Part shown: one piece after another, positions 42,010-53,100 of the stretch
Layout of the letters: each line of letters opens with the position of its first letter
Position numbering within the stretch: position 1 is the first letter of the stretch
Assembly (NCBI GenBank): GCA_020184695.1
Contig: JAANOX010000258.1
Span: forward strand, 558,001 to 622,000
Reading direction: 5' to 3'
DNA from: Histomonas meleagridis 2922-C6/04-290x
Taxonomy: Eukaryota > Protista > Parabasalia
DNA length: 64,000 bases
Made by a program: the position numbers and the translations under genes
The notes under the pieces: generated by a model
What the model was told of the DNA's origin: nothing
The model's input: only the letters and a program-made list of their open reading frames with translations
Database searches by the model: none

Positions 42010-43596
42010 ATGACAAGTAAAAAGGTATTTATATCTGGAGCATCTGGAGTTATGGGTCATGCCTCATTCCTCGAGATATATAATAAGAGGAAAGATTTTG
42101 ATATCGTTCTATTACTTAGAGATAAATTTAGAAATCGTCAATTATTTTCTTCATATGAAAAAGATTCAAGGGTGACAATAGTTTGGGGAGATTTAAAGAA
42201 TTATGATGATGTCAAAAAAGCAATTGATGGCTGTAATTATGTTTTACATATTGGAGGATTAGTTTCACCACGTGCTGATTTTTTACCGAAAGAAACACTT
42301 GCAACAAATGTAACAGCAGCAGAAAATATTGTTAAAGCAGTTAAATCACAGCCTAATTCAGATGATATTAAAGTCGTTTATATCGGAACAGTTGCACAAA
42401 CAGGAGATCGTAATGATCCAATTCATTGGGGAAGATGTGGTGATCCGATTAATATCTCTATTTATGATCATTATGGTGTATCTAAAGTTCAAGCAGAACG
42501 AATTTTTGCAGAATCAGGTTTAAAACATTGGGTTTCATTACGTCAATCAGGTATTTTACATCCAGGTCTTCTTTATAATATTGGACCTATCGTTTTTCAT
42601 ATTGTTTTACGTGGTGTTCTTGAATGGGCAACTCTTGAAGATAGTGCAACACTTATGTGTAATGTTCTTGATGATTCAGTCCCAGAAACATTTTGGAGAC
42701 GTTTTTATAATATTGGATCAGGAAAAGAATATAGAATGACGAATTATGAATTTGAAGAAAAAATTCTTTATTCACTTGGAATGGGTCATGATGCACCAAA
42801 GAAAATATTTGAACCAAATTGGTTTATAACACGTAATTTCCATGGTCAATGGTATTTAGATAGTGATGAATTAGAAAATATTTTACATTTTCGACATAAT
42901 GTTCCAATCAAAGAATATTTTAATGATCTCAAGAAAAAGTCTCCATGGTTCTTTAGGTTATCATTTCTTTTTGCAAACTTTATTGGAAAAGAATTTATGC
43001 GATTGATTGCAAATGATAAACGATTTGGTACACTTACATGGATTAAGAATAAAGATGAAAAACGAATCAGTGCATTCTTTGGATCATATAAAGAATGGGA
43101 ATCATTACCTAAAACATGGGATAAAACAGATCTTAGTCGACCATCAGAGAAAGCTATTGTTTTAAATCATGGTTATGATGAAACAAAACCAATCGATGAA
43201 TTAAATATAAATGATATGAAAGAAGCTGCAAAATTTAGAGGTGGTGAATGTTTATCTGATGAAATGAAATCAGGTGATTTATTTACACCATTAAAATGGA
43301 AATGTGCCTTTGGACATATATTTGATATGACACCAAATACAATATTAAAAGGTGGTCACTGGTGCCCTGAATGTGATCCAATTCCATGGAACTATGATGC
43401 AATAGCAAAAGTTAATCCATTTTTTGCACAAGTTTGGAATCCACTTCATAACAAAGAAGAAAATAATTATTATGATCTTGATATTTATAAGGACTATGAT
43501 GAGTTTAAACCAAAGAAGTCATCAAATGCTTTTCTGGTCTTATTAGGAATTATGGTTATCATTTCTTTGACGATGTTATTCTTTGTCCTAGCTTGA
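42010..43596 (+). CDS. NAD-dependent epimerase/dehydratase (extended SDR) with C-terminal zinc-ribbon-like motif and TM anchor
   Basis: ISGASGVMG Rossmann motif, YGVSK catalytic YxxxK, WKCAFGH...GGHWCPEC, hydrophobic C-terminus. Confidence 0.85.
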   Translation: MTSKKVFISGASGVMGHASFLEIYNKRKDFDIVLLLRDKFRNRQLFSSYEKDSRVTIVWGDLKNYDDVKKAIDGCNYVLHIGGLVSPRADFLPKETLATNVTAAENIVKAVKSQPNSDDIKVVYIGTVAQTGDRNDPIHWGRCGDPINISIYDHYGVSKVQAERIFAESGLKHWVSLRQSGILHPGLLYNIGPIVFHIVLRGVLEWATLEDSATLMCNVLDDSVPETFWRRFYNIGSGKEYRMTNYEFEEKILYSLGMGHDAPKKIFEPNWFITRNFHGQWYLDSDELENILHFRHNVPIKEYFNDLKKKSPWFFRLSFLFANFIGKEFMRLIANDKRFGTLTWIKNKDEKRISAFFGSYKEWESLPKTWDKTDLSRPSEKAIVLNHGYDETKPIDELNINDMKEAAKFRGGECLSDEMKSGDLFTPLKWKCAFGHIFDMTPNTILKGGHWCPECDPIPWNYDAIAKVNPFFAQVWNPLHNKEENNYYDLDIYKDYDEFKPKKSSNAFLVLLGIMVIISLTMLFFVLA

Positions 43597-43820
43597 ATTC
43601 AACAAATTTAGCGAATAAAATTTTCTATCCCAAATATTTTTTTTGTTTTCATGTAAGCTTTTTTTTTCTAAGAATAAAACATTCTTATATACAAAATATA
43701 AATAAATGGTATTTGAAATGCGCCGCCCAAATCAGACTTCTTTTGCAAAAGTTAAATTGGCGTCAGTCCTTAGAGCTCTTTGGATTCTCATCGCTGCTGT
43801 TAACATATATTGCCTTGAAA

Positions 43821-44093
43821 AACCTGTAGAACGACACCTTGATATAACTCACGCCTACACTGTAGCATTATTCATAGAGAACATATTTAGTAATATATAT
43901 TTAATAAATTTTTTATCTATTTAATTTTGTAATTTTCGCGATATTCCTATTTCCACTCACTTCACTAAAGATAACCTTATCTTTAACACCAAAAAAATCT
44001 TTTTTCTCGATTTTCTTTCATATTTTTGGGACTGAACATATGTTAAAATTTCTATTTGCTAAAAAACTATACAAAAATTTATGAATTTTTGTT
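43821..44093 (+). repeat. Dispersed non-coding repeat, copy B
   Basis: Aligns with 24821..25089. Confidence 0.85.
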
Positions 44094-44167
44094 GTCGGAC
44101 TATACAAAGTGCTGTTACTTTCGACATTGTTAATGCAAAACAAAACGTTACTACTTATATATTTATT

Positions 44168-46444
44168 TCAGATGTTATTTAATGCTTTCTTCGCTTCTTC
44201 GTAACCTTTATCAGCTGCTTCCCTCAGCAACTTCTTTCCCTTTTCCTCATCTTTGTCCACTTTCTTGCCGTCCAAATACAGCATACCCAACTCGTACAAA
44301 GCTAATGGATATCCGTCATTAGCCGCAGCTTCAATTAACTTTATGCCTTCACTTAAGTTACCATCTATTTCATTACTAATTACCATTACGCCCATTTTGT
44401 ATACAGCCTCGGGTAAACCATTCAAAGCAGCTTTTTGAATATAACTTAAACCGTTAACTCTATCGTTCTTTTCTAACATCAATAAACCGACGTTGTAATT
44501 AGCTTTGTCAAAACCTTTTTTAGCGGCGGTTTTAAACAAATTCATCGCTTCATCTTCGGTACCGTTAACTTTTTTCGATAGAATTAATTCACCCAAATAA
44601 TTCATAGCTATCGGCAAATTTAATTTCACTGCATTTCTTAAATAAACTTCTGAATTATTCTCTATCGCATACAAGTAATTCGCTAACGGATGCCCATTAT
44701 CAGCGGCTTTCTTAAGCAGTTCATTATGATTCTCATACTTAGATAAATGAAACATTGCTTCAACATTATGTAAAGTAACAAGCTTCTCTAACATAGCAAT
44801 ACCTTTCTTAGTATCTTTAGGTACAACTTTCCCTTCAATTAAAAACTCCGCAATTTCTATCATAGCAATTTGTGACCCTTTAGCCATGGCTTTCATAAAG
44901 ATATCATACGATTCTTTGGGATTAGGTTTGATATATTCATTACCTTCTTTTAATATGTTGCCAAGTTTTAACATAGCTTCAATGACTCCATTGTTTGCTA
45001 GTTGTTGTAACATTAGGTATGAAAATTCTGGATTGTATTTTGGTGATGTTTTATCTGATAACTCAAATGCCATTAATAACTGTGAACGAACATTCCCTTG
45101 TTGACCGGATAATTGTAGTAGTTTAAAGCCTTCTTCGTATTTATCGTTTTCAATTAAATATGAACCTAATATAAATTGACAATTTGAATCTCCTTGTTCA
45201 ACACCTTTTTGTAAATATTCTATTCCTTTTGGAATGTCTTGTGGTACACCAGCTCCGATTAATAACATTTTGCCATAATTTGATATGCCAAAAATATCAC
45301 CTCCATCAGCACTAATCTTAAACATTTGTGCTGCTTGTTGGATGTTTTTGTTCTGTAATGCAACGATTCCTAATTTGGATATGCTTTGAATATGTCCTTC
45401 AATAGCTGCATTCTTTAGAAATTCTAGTGAACGCTTTGGATCTTCATCTTCTAATTGGATGCTGATCTCAAACATTGCATGTGGAAGTTTTTTCTCGGCA
45501 GCATTATGTATAAGTTGAATAATTTGATCGTTTTCACTTTCTGGTAATAAAGTAGCTTTAAAGAGTTGGAATAGTGCATTACCTTCAGTCACAAAATGCC
45601 CAAAATTAGCTTCAAATCCGCAATGGCATGATTGCTCGCCAAGTTTGATGCGTTTTATGTACTCAGAAATTTCTGACTCATAACCGCCGAGAAATTCAAA
45701 AATTGAATCGATGCTGGGGCGGTTTTCTGGTGTTTGAGATAACATGTTTTCGATTATATTCTTAAATTCAGACTCTGGAAGAGGATCTCGTTCACCATCT
45801 TTAATCCGGCTCATAAGATCATTTTTATCTGCAGAATCTTCAAGTGGAAGTTTTCCAGTAATCATTTCAAATAAAATAACACCAAGAGAGTATACGTCAC
45901 TTTGTGGTGTTGGATCGAGTTGAAGAAGTTCTGGTGCCATCCATGGGAAAATTCCAAATTTATTTGAATGTGGTTCAATACCAGCAGTTGTTAAAATAAC
46001 TTCATCATCTGAAAAATAAATAGCTGTAGAATCAAATCTTCCAAGTGTCGCATTTGATGAATGTAAAAGTTTAAGAATTGAAGAAATTGAATAAAATATT
46101 TTAAGAAATTGAGATTTAGATGGCTTGAAATTGTTCTCATGTAATTCTTTGTATAAATTTTTCATATTGTTTGGAATTATTGGTGTTGAAATAACAAAAG
46201 CATATTTTCCATTTTGATCAACAGTTGAGAATTCACGAATATTTTGAATGCAGGGATGTTTTGTATTTGTGAATACGTCAAGTGCCTGAATATATCTTTG
46301 GTATCCACGAAAAGAAATAAAGTTCAAATGAAATATTTTTAACAAAAGAGATTCATTTGTATCTTTCTTTATTGTTTTGAATACAGTCATTTCATTACAA
46401 TCAAATATTTTTTCCTTGATTTCATAATTCTTGAAATCAATCAT
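44168..46444 (-). CDS. Kinase-fold (likely pseudokinase) plus SEL1-like repeats
   Basis: WMAPEL, SDVYSLGVILFEMITG, RPS present; HRD/DFG absent; C-terminal A..G...A...LG..Y..G SEL1 units. Confidence 0.85.
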   Translation of the reverse strand: MIDFKNYEIKEKIFDCNEMTVFKTIKKDTNESLLLKIFHLNFISFRGYQRYIQALDVFTNTKHPCIQNIREFSTVDQNGKYAFVISTPIIPNNMKNLYKELHENNFKPSKSQFLKIFYSISSILKLLHSSNATLGRFDSTAIYFSDDEVILTTAGIEPHSNKFGIFPWMAPELLQLDPTPQSDVYSLGVILFEMITGKLPLEDSADKNDLMSRIKDGERDPLPESEFKNIIENMLSQTPENRPSIDSIFEFLGGYESEISEYIKRIKLGEQSCHCGFEANFGHFVTEGNALFQLFKATLLPESENDQIIQLIHNAAEKKLPHAMFEISIQLEDEDPKRSLEFLKNAAIEGHIQSISKLGIVALQNKNIQQAAQMFKISADGGDIFGISNYGKMLLIGAGVPQDIPKGIEYLQKGVEQGDSNCQFILGSYLIENDKYEEGFKLLQLSGQQGNVRSQLLMAFELSDKTSPKYNPEFSYLMLQQLANNGVIEAMLKLGNILKEGNEYIKPNPKESYDIFMKAMAKGSQIAMIEIAEFLIEGKVVPKDTKKGIAMLEKLVTLHNVEAMFHLSKYENHNELLKKAADNGHPLANYLYAIENNSEVYLRNAVKLNLPIAMNYLGELILSKKVNGTEDEAMNLFKTAAKKGFDKANYNVGLLMLEKNDRVNGLSYIQKAALNGLPEAVYKMGVMVISNEIDGNLSEGIKLIEAAANDGYPLALYELGMLYLDGKKVDKDEEKGKKLLREAADKGYEEAKKALNNI

Positions 46445-46524
46445 TTTCCAAAAAAGGCCTATAAAAGGGCAAAATCACAAAAAAGGGTAAAAATTGACAA
46501 TGTCTGTTCATATACATAAATTTT

Positions 46525-49482
46525 TTATTTAGGCTGATTTCTATGGAATATTGGAGCGAAAGTTGGTATATTTGATAGTTGTACAGGAAATCTTTGTATA
46601 TTGCTTTGGAAAACTTTTATGTTATTATAGAAATCATCAAATGGTTTAGGGCCAGGTGGATAAGCAGTAAATGGCTTATGGAATACTTCATTTACTTCTT
46701 CTTGAAATCGTGGTTCGAATGTGTTAATTACTTCTTGTAACACATTTACCAAAGCTTGTCTATCATATTGCCACATATAAAACAAAGGAAATGCAGTTGT
46801 CTTTAACAAATTATCGTCATTACGACCCTTTTTCTGTTGATTCTTGGGAATATCGAAATCCAAATTTATTAAACCATCCAACAAAACTATAATTTGTTGT
46901 AAGAATGGTCTCAAAGACTTTTTAGCGTTCATAACGAATACCATTAAACAAGATAAACATTCACAAGTTATACCCCAAACATCTATACGTCTCAACAACA
47001 AATTTTGTATCAAAAACTCAAGTACAGCATTAGCTTGATTACCGAAGATGGACATTCCACAACCAATGTTGACAATACCCATTATACATTCTGTTGTTTT
47101 AATTAATTTTTTATCATCTTCACCAATTATCCAATTATTTAATAAGTTAAAGAACAAATCAATTACAACTTGCAAAGAATTATCATTATATAAATTCATA
47201 ATACCGAAATTAGCATATCTACCAGTAATACAAGAATGAATTATCTTCATTGCAAGCCATTCACTATCTTTACAAGTATTTTTAAGTAACAATAGTATTT
47301 GTGTGTTTGCTCTAAATAATTCGATTCCAAAAGAGGAACCTTGTGGAAATTTCTTATTATTATGGATACATACTTGTAACCATAATTGTATTATTGCATG
47401 GATTACTTCTTTGATTTGTGAATTCGATTGGATATAGATAATGAAGTTATTTAAATGACTAAAAACCCAATGATAAAACATAAAAATATTATTTTCAGTA
47501 GTTAATGATGGAAATATTCCATATAACTTTCGACATAATATAAATATTTGCGCGGAATTAGTAGGTTCAATGTTTTGGATTTCTTCATCAAAACATGCTA
47601 AAAATTGGGGCCAATTATTGATATTATATGTATAAATTTTATATAACATTGGTAATAATTTATTTAATTGTGGAAATTCAACATTTTCGAAGTTAAATAT
47701 TATTTCTCTGTTTGCTAATTTATATAATAAATTATTATTTTTTCCATAATTACTTAACGTAGTTGATATATTTGGATTACACATTTCTTCAACAAATTTT
47801 AAGATTTGATATAATATAAATGGATATTGCGTAAATATATTTAAATCATTCATAAATCGATCAACAAATAAATGATATATGTCTTGCCTATTTTTACCAA
47901 GGTATTCTTCTAATCTATTTATCAATGCCATTTTTTGTTTTAAAACATTATTTTTTATTGTACCTGCTAATAATATTAATACTTGTTCTGATTTACATAC
48001 ATATTCTGGAAAACTATTTAATAATATCCCAATTTTAGGTGATGTACTTAATATATAATCAAAAACAGAATTTAAAAGAATTGCAAAACTTCGATATATA
48101 TCATTTATATCTAAAAACTTTGTGTGGTCTTTAAAACATTGACTATATGCATCAATTAATCTAATAAATATTATAATTTGTTGGAAACTTTCATTCGTTA
48201 AATTTTCTTGTTGTATTATTTCATTAAATTTAGTGACTAAAAAATTTACTGCATGTGATGTACATTTACTTACTGTTAACCATAAATCTTTTAGAACATG
48301 TATTGATTCTTCATAATTTTCATAAAACTCATTACATACATTTTCGAAATCATTTAATATTAATTTAATATAAAATTCAAAAATATTTGGAAGTTGTTCA
48401 ATTAAGCTTTCAGGTAATGAAATACTATTTGAGCCAACAATTCCCCAAAATTTAATTATTTCTTTAGTGCCTTTATTCATTGTAAAGTTAAAAACTGAAA
48501 TAAAAAATTGTAAATTTTCTTCAACTTTAAGAAATGTTTCTAAGTTAATTAATTTAATAAAATTGTTTAAAAAATTTATTAAATCATTAACATGCGGTGA
48601 GTTTTCAAATAAATCATTAAGATTATCAGTAATGTACTTACAATATTGATTAAAAGGTGTGGGAATTTTTGCATGAAACCATGCTTTTTCTGTTACATTC
48701 GAATATAAAAATAGAAGGTGAAGTGAGAGACCGTTAATAGGCTGATGTAAATTTCGAATGAGGAAAAAAAGTCGATCAGGAATCGTTGGTGTTTCATAAA
48801 ATGTACGATATTTTGATTTGATTTCATTTGCTCTTTCTTCAGGTTTTTCTGTATTAAATTGAAAGCATTGTATAAGAAGTTGAAGAGAATATTGAACAAT
48901 TTTTTCATCATCAATCATAAGAAGTTTGAAAGCACAATCAACATAATCATATGTTAAATATCTTGAACAAGACTTCTTAAGAGTTTCCATGTCATTTCTC
49001 GAATTATGCTTGAGTCTCTTTTCAAATGAATGAACAATTGATATCATGACATTAAGGAGAATGATGTTATGTGAATTGGAAACATTATAAAATTTGAATA
49101 ATTGTTTAAATGTTTCAACATGTCTTTCAACAATTAGTCGGTAACCTATGGCTATTGCTTCAGAAAGCATGTTCAAAATTGGAGGATCTGAAGCTAAATT
49201 GTCTGCCATTGATGAACAAACTTGTAGGAGATAATCCATATGTTTTTGGATATCAGATTCATCAAGTAAAACACCTCGATTATTAAGTATATCACGAAGT
49301 GCAACAAGACACAAATGAAGTAAAGGTCTTTCAGTAGTGCATGCATTTAATACATTATCAAACTGTTGAATATTATCGATATAATACGTCATTTTCTGAA
49401 GAGTTAAGGAAGCTTGTGCACGCCTTTCATTGTCGCTTCCTGATGCAACTCTCATTAACTCAAGCAACCCCTCCGCTTCCAT
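46525..49482 (-). CDS. Importin-beta-superfamily HEAT protein, exportin-7/RanBP16-like
   Basis: IBN_N-like N-terminus; GRYANFGIMNLYND resembles the XPO7 motif G.Y.NFGVF.LYGD. Confidence 0.65.
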   Translation of the reverse strand: MEAEGLLELMRVASGSDNERRAQASLTLQKMTYYIDNIQQFDNVLNACTTERPLLHLCLVALRDILNNRGVLLDESDIQKHMDYLLQVCSSMADNLASDPPILNMLSEAIAIGYRLIVERHVETFKQLFKFYNVSNSHNIILLNVMISIVHSFEKRLKHNSRNDMETLKKSCSRYLTYDYVDCAFKLLMIDDEKIVQYSLQLLIQCFQFNTEKPEERANEIKSKYRTFYETPTIPDRLFFLIRNLHQPINGLSLHLLFLYSNVTEKAWFHAKIPTPFNQYCKYITDNLNDLFENSPHVNDLINFLNNFIKLINLETFLKVEENLQFFISVFNFTMNKGTKEIIKFWGIVGSNSISLPESLIEQLPNIFEFYIKLILNDFENVCNEFYENYEESIHVLKDLWLTVSKCTSHAVNFLVTKFNEIIQQENLTNESFQQIIIFIRLIDAYSQCFKDHTKFLDINDIYRSFAILLNSVFDYILSTSPKIGILLNSFPEYVCKSEQVLILLAGTIKNNVLKQKMALINRLEEYLGKNRQDIYHLFVDRFMNDLNIFTQYPFILYQILKFVEEMCNPNISTTLSNYGKNNNLLYKLANREIIFNFENVEFPQLNKLLPMLYKIYTYNINNWPQFLACFDEEIQNIEPTNSAQIFILCRKLYGIFPSLTTENNIFMFYHWVFSHLNNFIIYIQSNSQIKEVIHAIIQLWLQVCIHNNKKFPQGSSFGIELFRANTQILLLLKNTCKDSEWLAMKIIHSCITGRYANFGIMNLYNDNSLQVVIDLFFNLLNNWIIGEDDKKLIKTTECIMGIVNIGCGMSIFGNQANAVLEFLIQNLLLRRIDVWGITCECLSCLMVFVMNAKKSLRPFLQQIIVLLDGLINLDFDIPKNQQKKGRNDDNLLKTTAFPLFYMWQYDRQALVNVLQEVINTFEPRFQEEVNEVFHKPFTAYPPGPKPFDDFYNNIKVFQSNIQRFPVQLSNIPTFAPIFHRNQPK

Positions 49483-50113
49483 TTTTTAAGCGTCAACTCA
49501 AACATATTCAAAAAATTTTAAATTAAATAAAAATAAATCTGACATCACAACTTAAAGTGTGCAATAACTGAGATTGAACATTTTATAATCAATTGATTTC
49601 CTAGTACAAGGAAAGTCAAAGTTTGAAAAAATCGAAAAAGATTTTATTTAAAAAAAATCAAATCATTATTAACAGAGATCTCATGAAATAAAAGAAGCAA
49701 CCTATTACCTTGTTCAAGCTTTTATCAAAAAACAATTTATGTAAGATGTTTTTTAAAAATTTAAATTTGAAAATTTTCATAAAAATTAAAAAAATTTAAA
49801 ACATATGATCTGCACAACCATAAAGATAGAAATGCATTTCATGAGTTTATGTGTTGGAGTACCTTAGAGCACCAAGATAAAAGATTTTAGCTTGGCCACT
49901 TGGCATCCGAATGACACTTTTGAAATAAGGGAAACCGTTACCTCAGTTTGTGGGGAATAAGCAGCACTTTTCGATCGGTTATGATAGAATCACGTTCAAA
50001 AAGTGAAACCGATACTGCCGATTTTTTTCCATCAGTTTAAGCAATAACAAATTGGATAACTATCACAGAAGAAATTCTAACAAATTCTTGAATATCGACA
50101 AACACACCAAAAT

Positions 50114-53100
50114 TTATTCAACAATATTTTCCGAGAAACATTTTTGTGACATTCTTAAGAAGAATGCTGCCAATGCGTTACTTAATTTTTTCTCACCACA
50201 TGATATATCCTTCGCTGCATTCACTGCCAAAGAAGGAGCTATCTCTACGAATTGCTTATCATCCAATTTTGTTACCTCATCGATAACTGCCACTTTTCCT
50301 TCATCAGATTCTTCAAACAAATTTACGCAAATCTTTTTGAATTCATTAATGTCTATGATATTTAAACTTAATTCTTTTTTCGAAATTATTAATAATGTTT
50401 TTATCACCAAAATACTTTGATTTATTTTTGATTTTAATGAATTCGAAATTAATTTTAAGTCATTAGGTTGAAAACAATCAATTAAATCAATGATTAATTC
50501 AGACATTAAATCGATTTTTTCATTATTTTTTATATTTATAGAAATGGAATTTAACAAATTAGAAATTACATCAATAAAAATATTTTTATTTTCATCATTC
50601 CTAAATTTTTTAATATTAATTACACAAATATTTAAGATTTTATGATTTAAAACATTTGAACATTTTAATATTAATGAAATTCCATCATTAATACATTGTT
50701 CACAACAATTCGGTATTATTAATTTCACAAATTTATAACCAATTTCATTTAACCAATTTTCATCATTTTTATTTTCATCGATAATTTTAATTAAGAAATC
50801 GTTTGATATTACTTTCCAATACAAATTTTTGGTAATTTTTTTCATTTTCTTTAATAAAATATTTGCGTAAATTTTATTTTTTATAATTCCGCAAATACAA
50901 TTTAACAAATATTTAAAATCATTAAAACCCGAATTTAATTTCATCATTTGTTCATATATTCCAACAATTATATAAACAGTTGATAACGTAATATTTTTAC
51001 CAATTAATAGAAACTTATCAATTGTATTAAAAACATTTTTAATGAATTTCTCGTTAATAATTTCATTCAAATGTAATTCGAGAATATCAATTAACACAGT
51101 TAATGCAAGTCGATTAACTTCTTTAATAGTCGCAGCTGATTCTAACATTGAGAAAGTTGCTTCCCAACCACTTTTCATCTTCGAATGATATTTATTAATT
51201 GTATAATTTAATGATCGTAATACATGTAATCGAATATTTTTCGATTTACTTTTCCGTAATATCGAATGAAAAGGTTTTAAGAAATCCTTTTGATAATGAA
51301 AACTTTGGAATTCTTCACGAGATAAAAATCGACCTGCTAATTGTCTTAAAGAATCAACTGCTGTACAAGCAATTGATTCATTAGGGAAACAACCAGCTTC
51401 GATTAAATGATTACTTATAGGTTTCCATATTTGTGTCCATACGAAACGAACTCTTTCCATATTAAACGAAGTAACTTCGACTATTTTTTGTAAGCAAAAT
51501 GTCCGTGGCGGATGTTGAGCTAATTCATTATTCGACACTTTACATAATGCATTTACAAATGATATAATTGCTACACTTGGGAAATTAGAAGAAGCTTCAA
51601 ACAATGAATCAACTTCTGTTAATGGTATATAAGTTACTATAAGTTTCGCATTATTATTAACAATTTCATTGTTTAAATTTGTGGTATTATGGATTAACAT
51701 TAAATAATTAATTTGAGCAAATAACGTAATAAGTTTCTCCCAAACAGGTTCATAATATGATGAAAATGTTTTGGACATATCAAGTAATTCACGAATCGCT
51801 TTTAAGTTTTGATATCGAATTGTTGTCCATGGTTGTAACTTAGCAAATGAACATAACGCAGACATACAATAAGTCGATTCGATTTCCATATAAAATCGTG
51901 CTGATATACCTATCGATGATGTTAATATCTTTAATGAACTTTCGATTAATTCTTCACTACAATCTTCATTTAAATTATTCGATGCTAATGCATTTAATGG
52001 CATCCAAATCATTTCGAATATTGGACGTACTAAATCGGAATTAATGTTTGAAATCCATCGAATTTCGGAATGTTTTGAATTCCGCATTTGTTTTTGCGCT
52101 TCTTTAATGTAATCGATACTTTTCTTATATGATTCTAAACCTTTTTGTGTTTGCGAACGAAAATCTTCTTGTATCGATATTACATCTGTTGAGTTAATGA
52201 GTTTAATTTCATGTGAAACGACATAATCATAAATAGACTCAATGAATTCAACAGGTAATGCATCGCCTTCATCCATATCTCGATATAGCTTTAAAAACTC
52301 GTTTTTCTGCATTTTATGGATAACTTGTGGATTATGTGCATCAGTATGTAATATTACAATTGCAAATGATGCATCATATACTGATGAAGCTGATGGATAT
52401 TCGGATTTATGTGTTAGATAATATGAATGCGCAAATTTTTCTATGATTCGATCAATTTGTTGTGATTCAGGTGGTAATTTAAATAATGATAAAAAATAAT
52501 ATAATGCTTCGCATAATGACTTGTTAGAAAAATCGATGATGTCAATATACTCATGCATAATCTCCTTATAAAAACTGTTGGAACTTCCTAAGATTAGCCC
52601 AACTCCAGAATAACTTAATAGATTTCGATGCGTATGAAAAAATGTTGCAATGCTTTTAGGGTCTTCTTTAACAAGACCACTTTTAATTAACGATTTCAAG
52701 TTATGTTCAGGATCCGAATTGAATTCGTCGATAGCTTTTGAATACTTTATTTTCAGTTTATGCGTTTTTTCAAAGGGTAAAACGGTTTGAGAATTTGGAT
52801 GTTGGTTTGATGACCATTTGTTCAGCTTTTCTAAGATGATAGATAATGCTTTTATTGATTCTATCTTGTTTGGTGAGTTCATTAATGATTTTATCATACG
52901 CTCAAAGATATTAGCTTCTTGCAAATCTAAATCACAATCAAAATTTACAAAAAGTTGAGCTAAATATGGAGCTGAAAATTTTCCAATTTGCTCAATGACT
53001 GATAGTTTAAAGAATTCAGGTGAATCGCCATCAATTATACCGAAAAATAAAGTCGAAAAAAATACTGAAGTTTCAGCTTTAAGCATCTCGCGATATTTCG

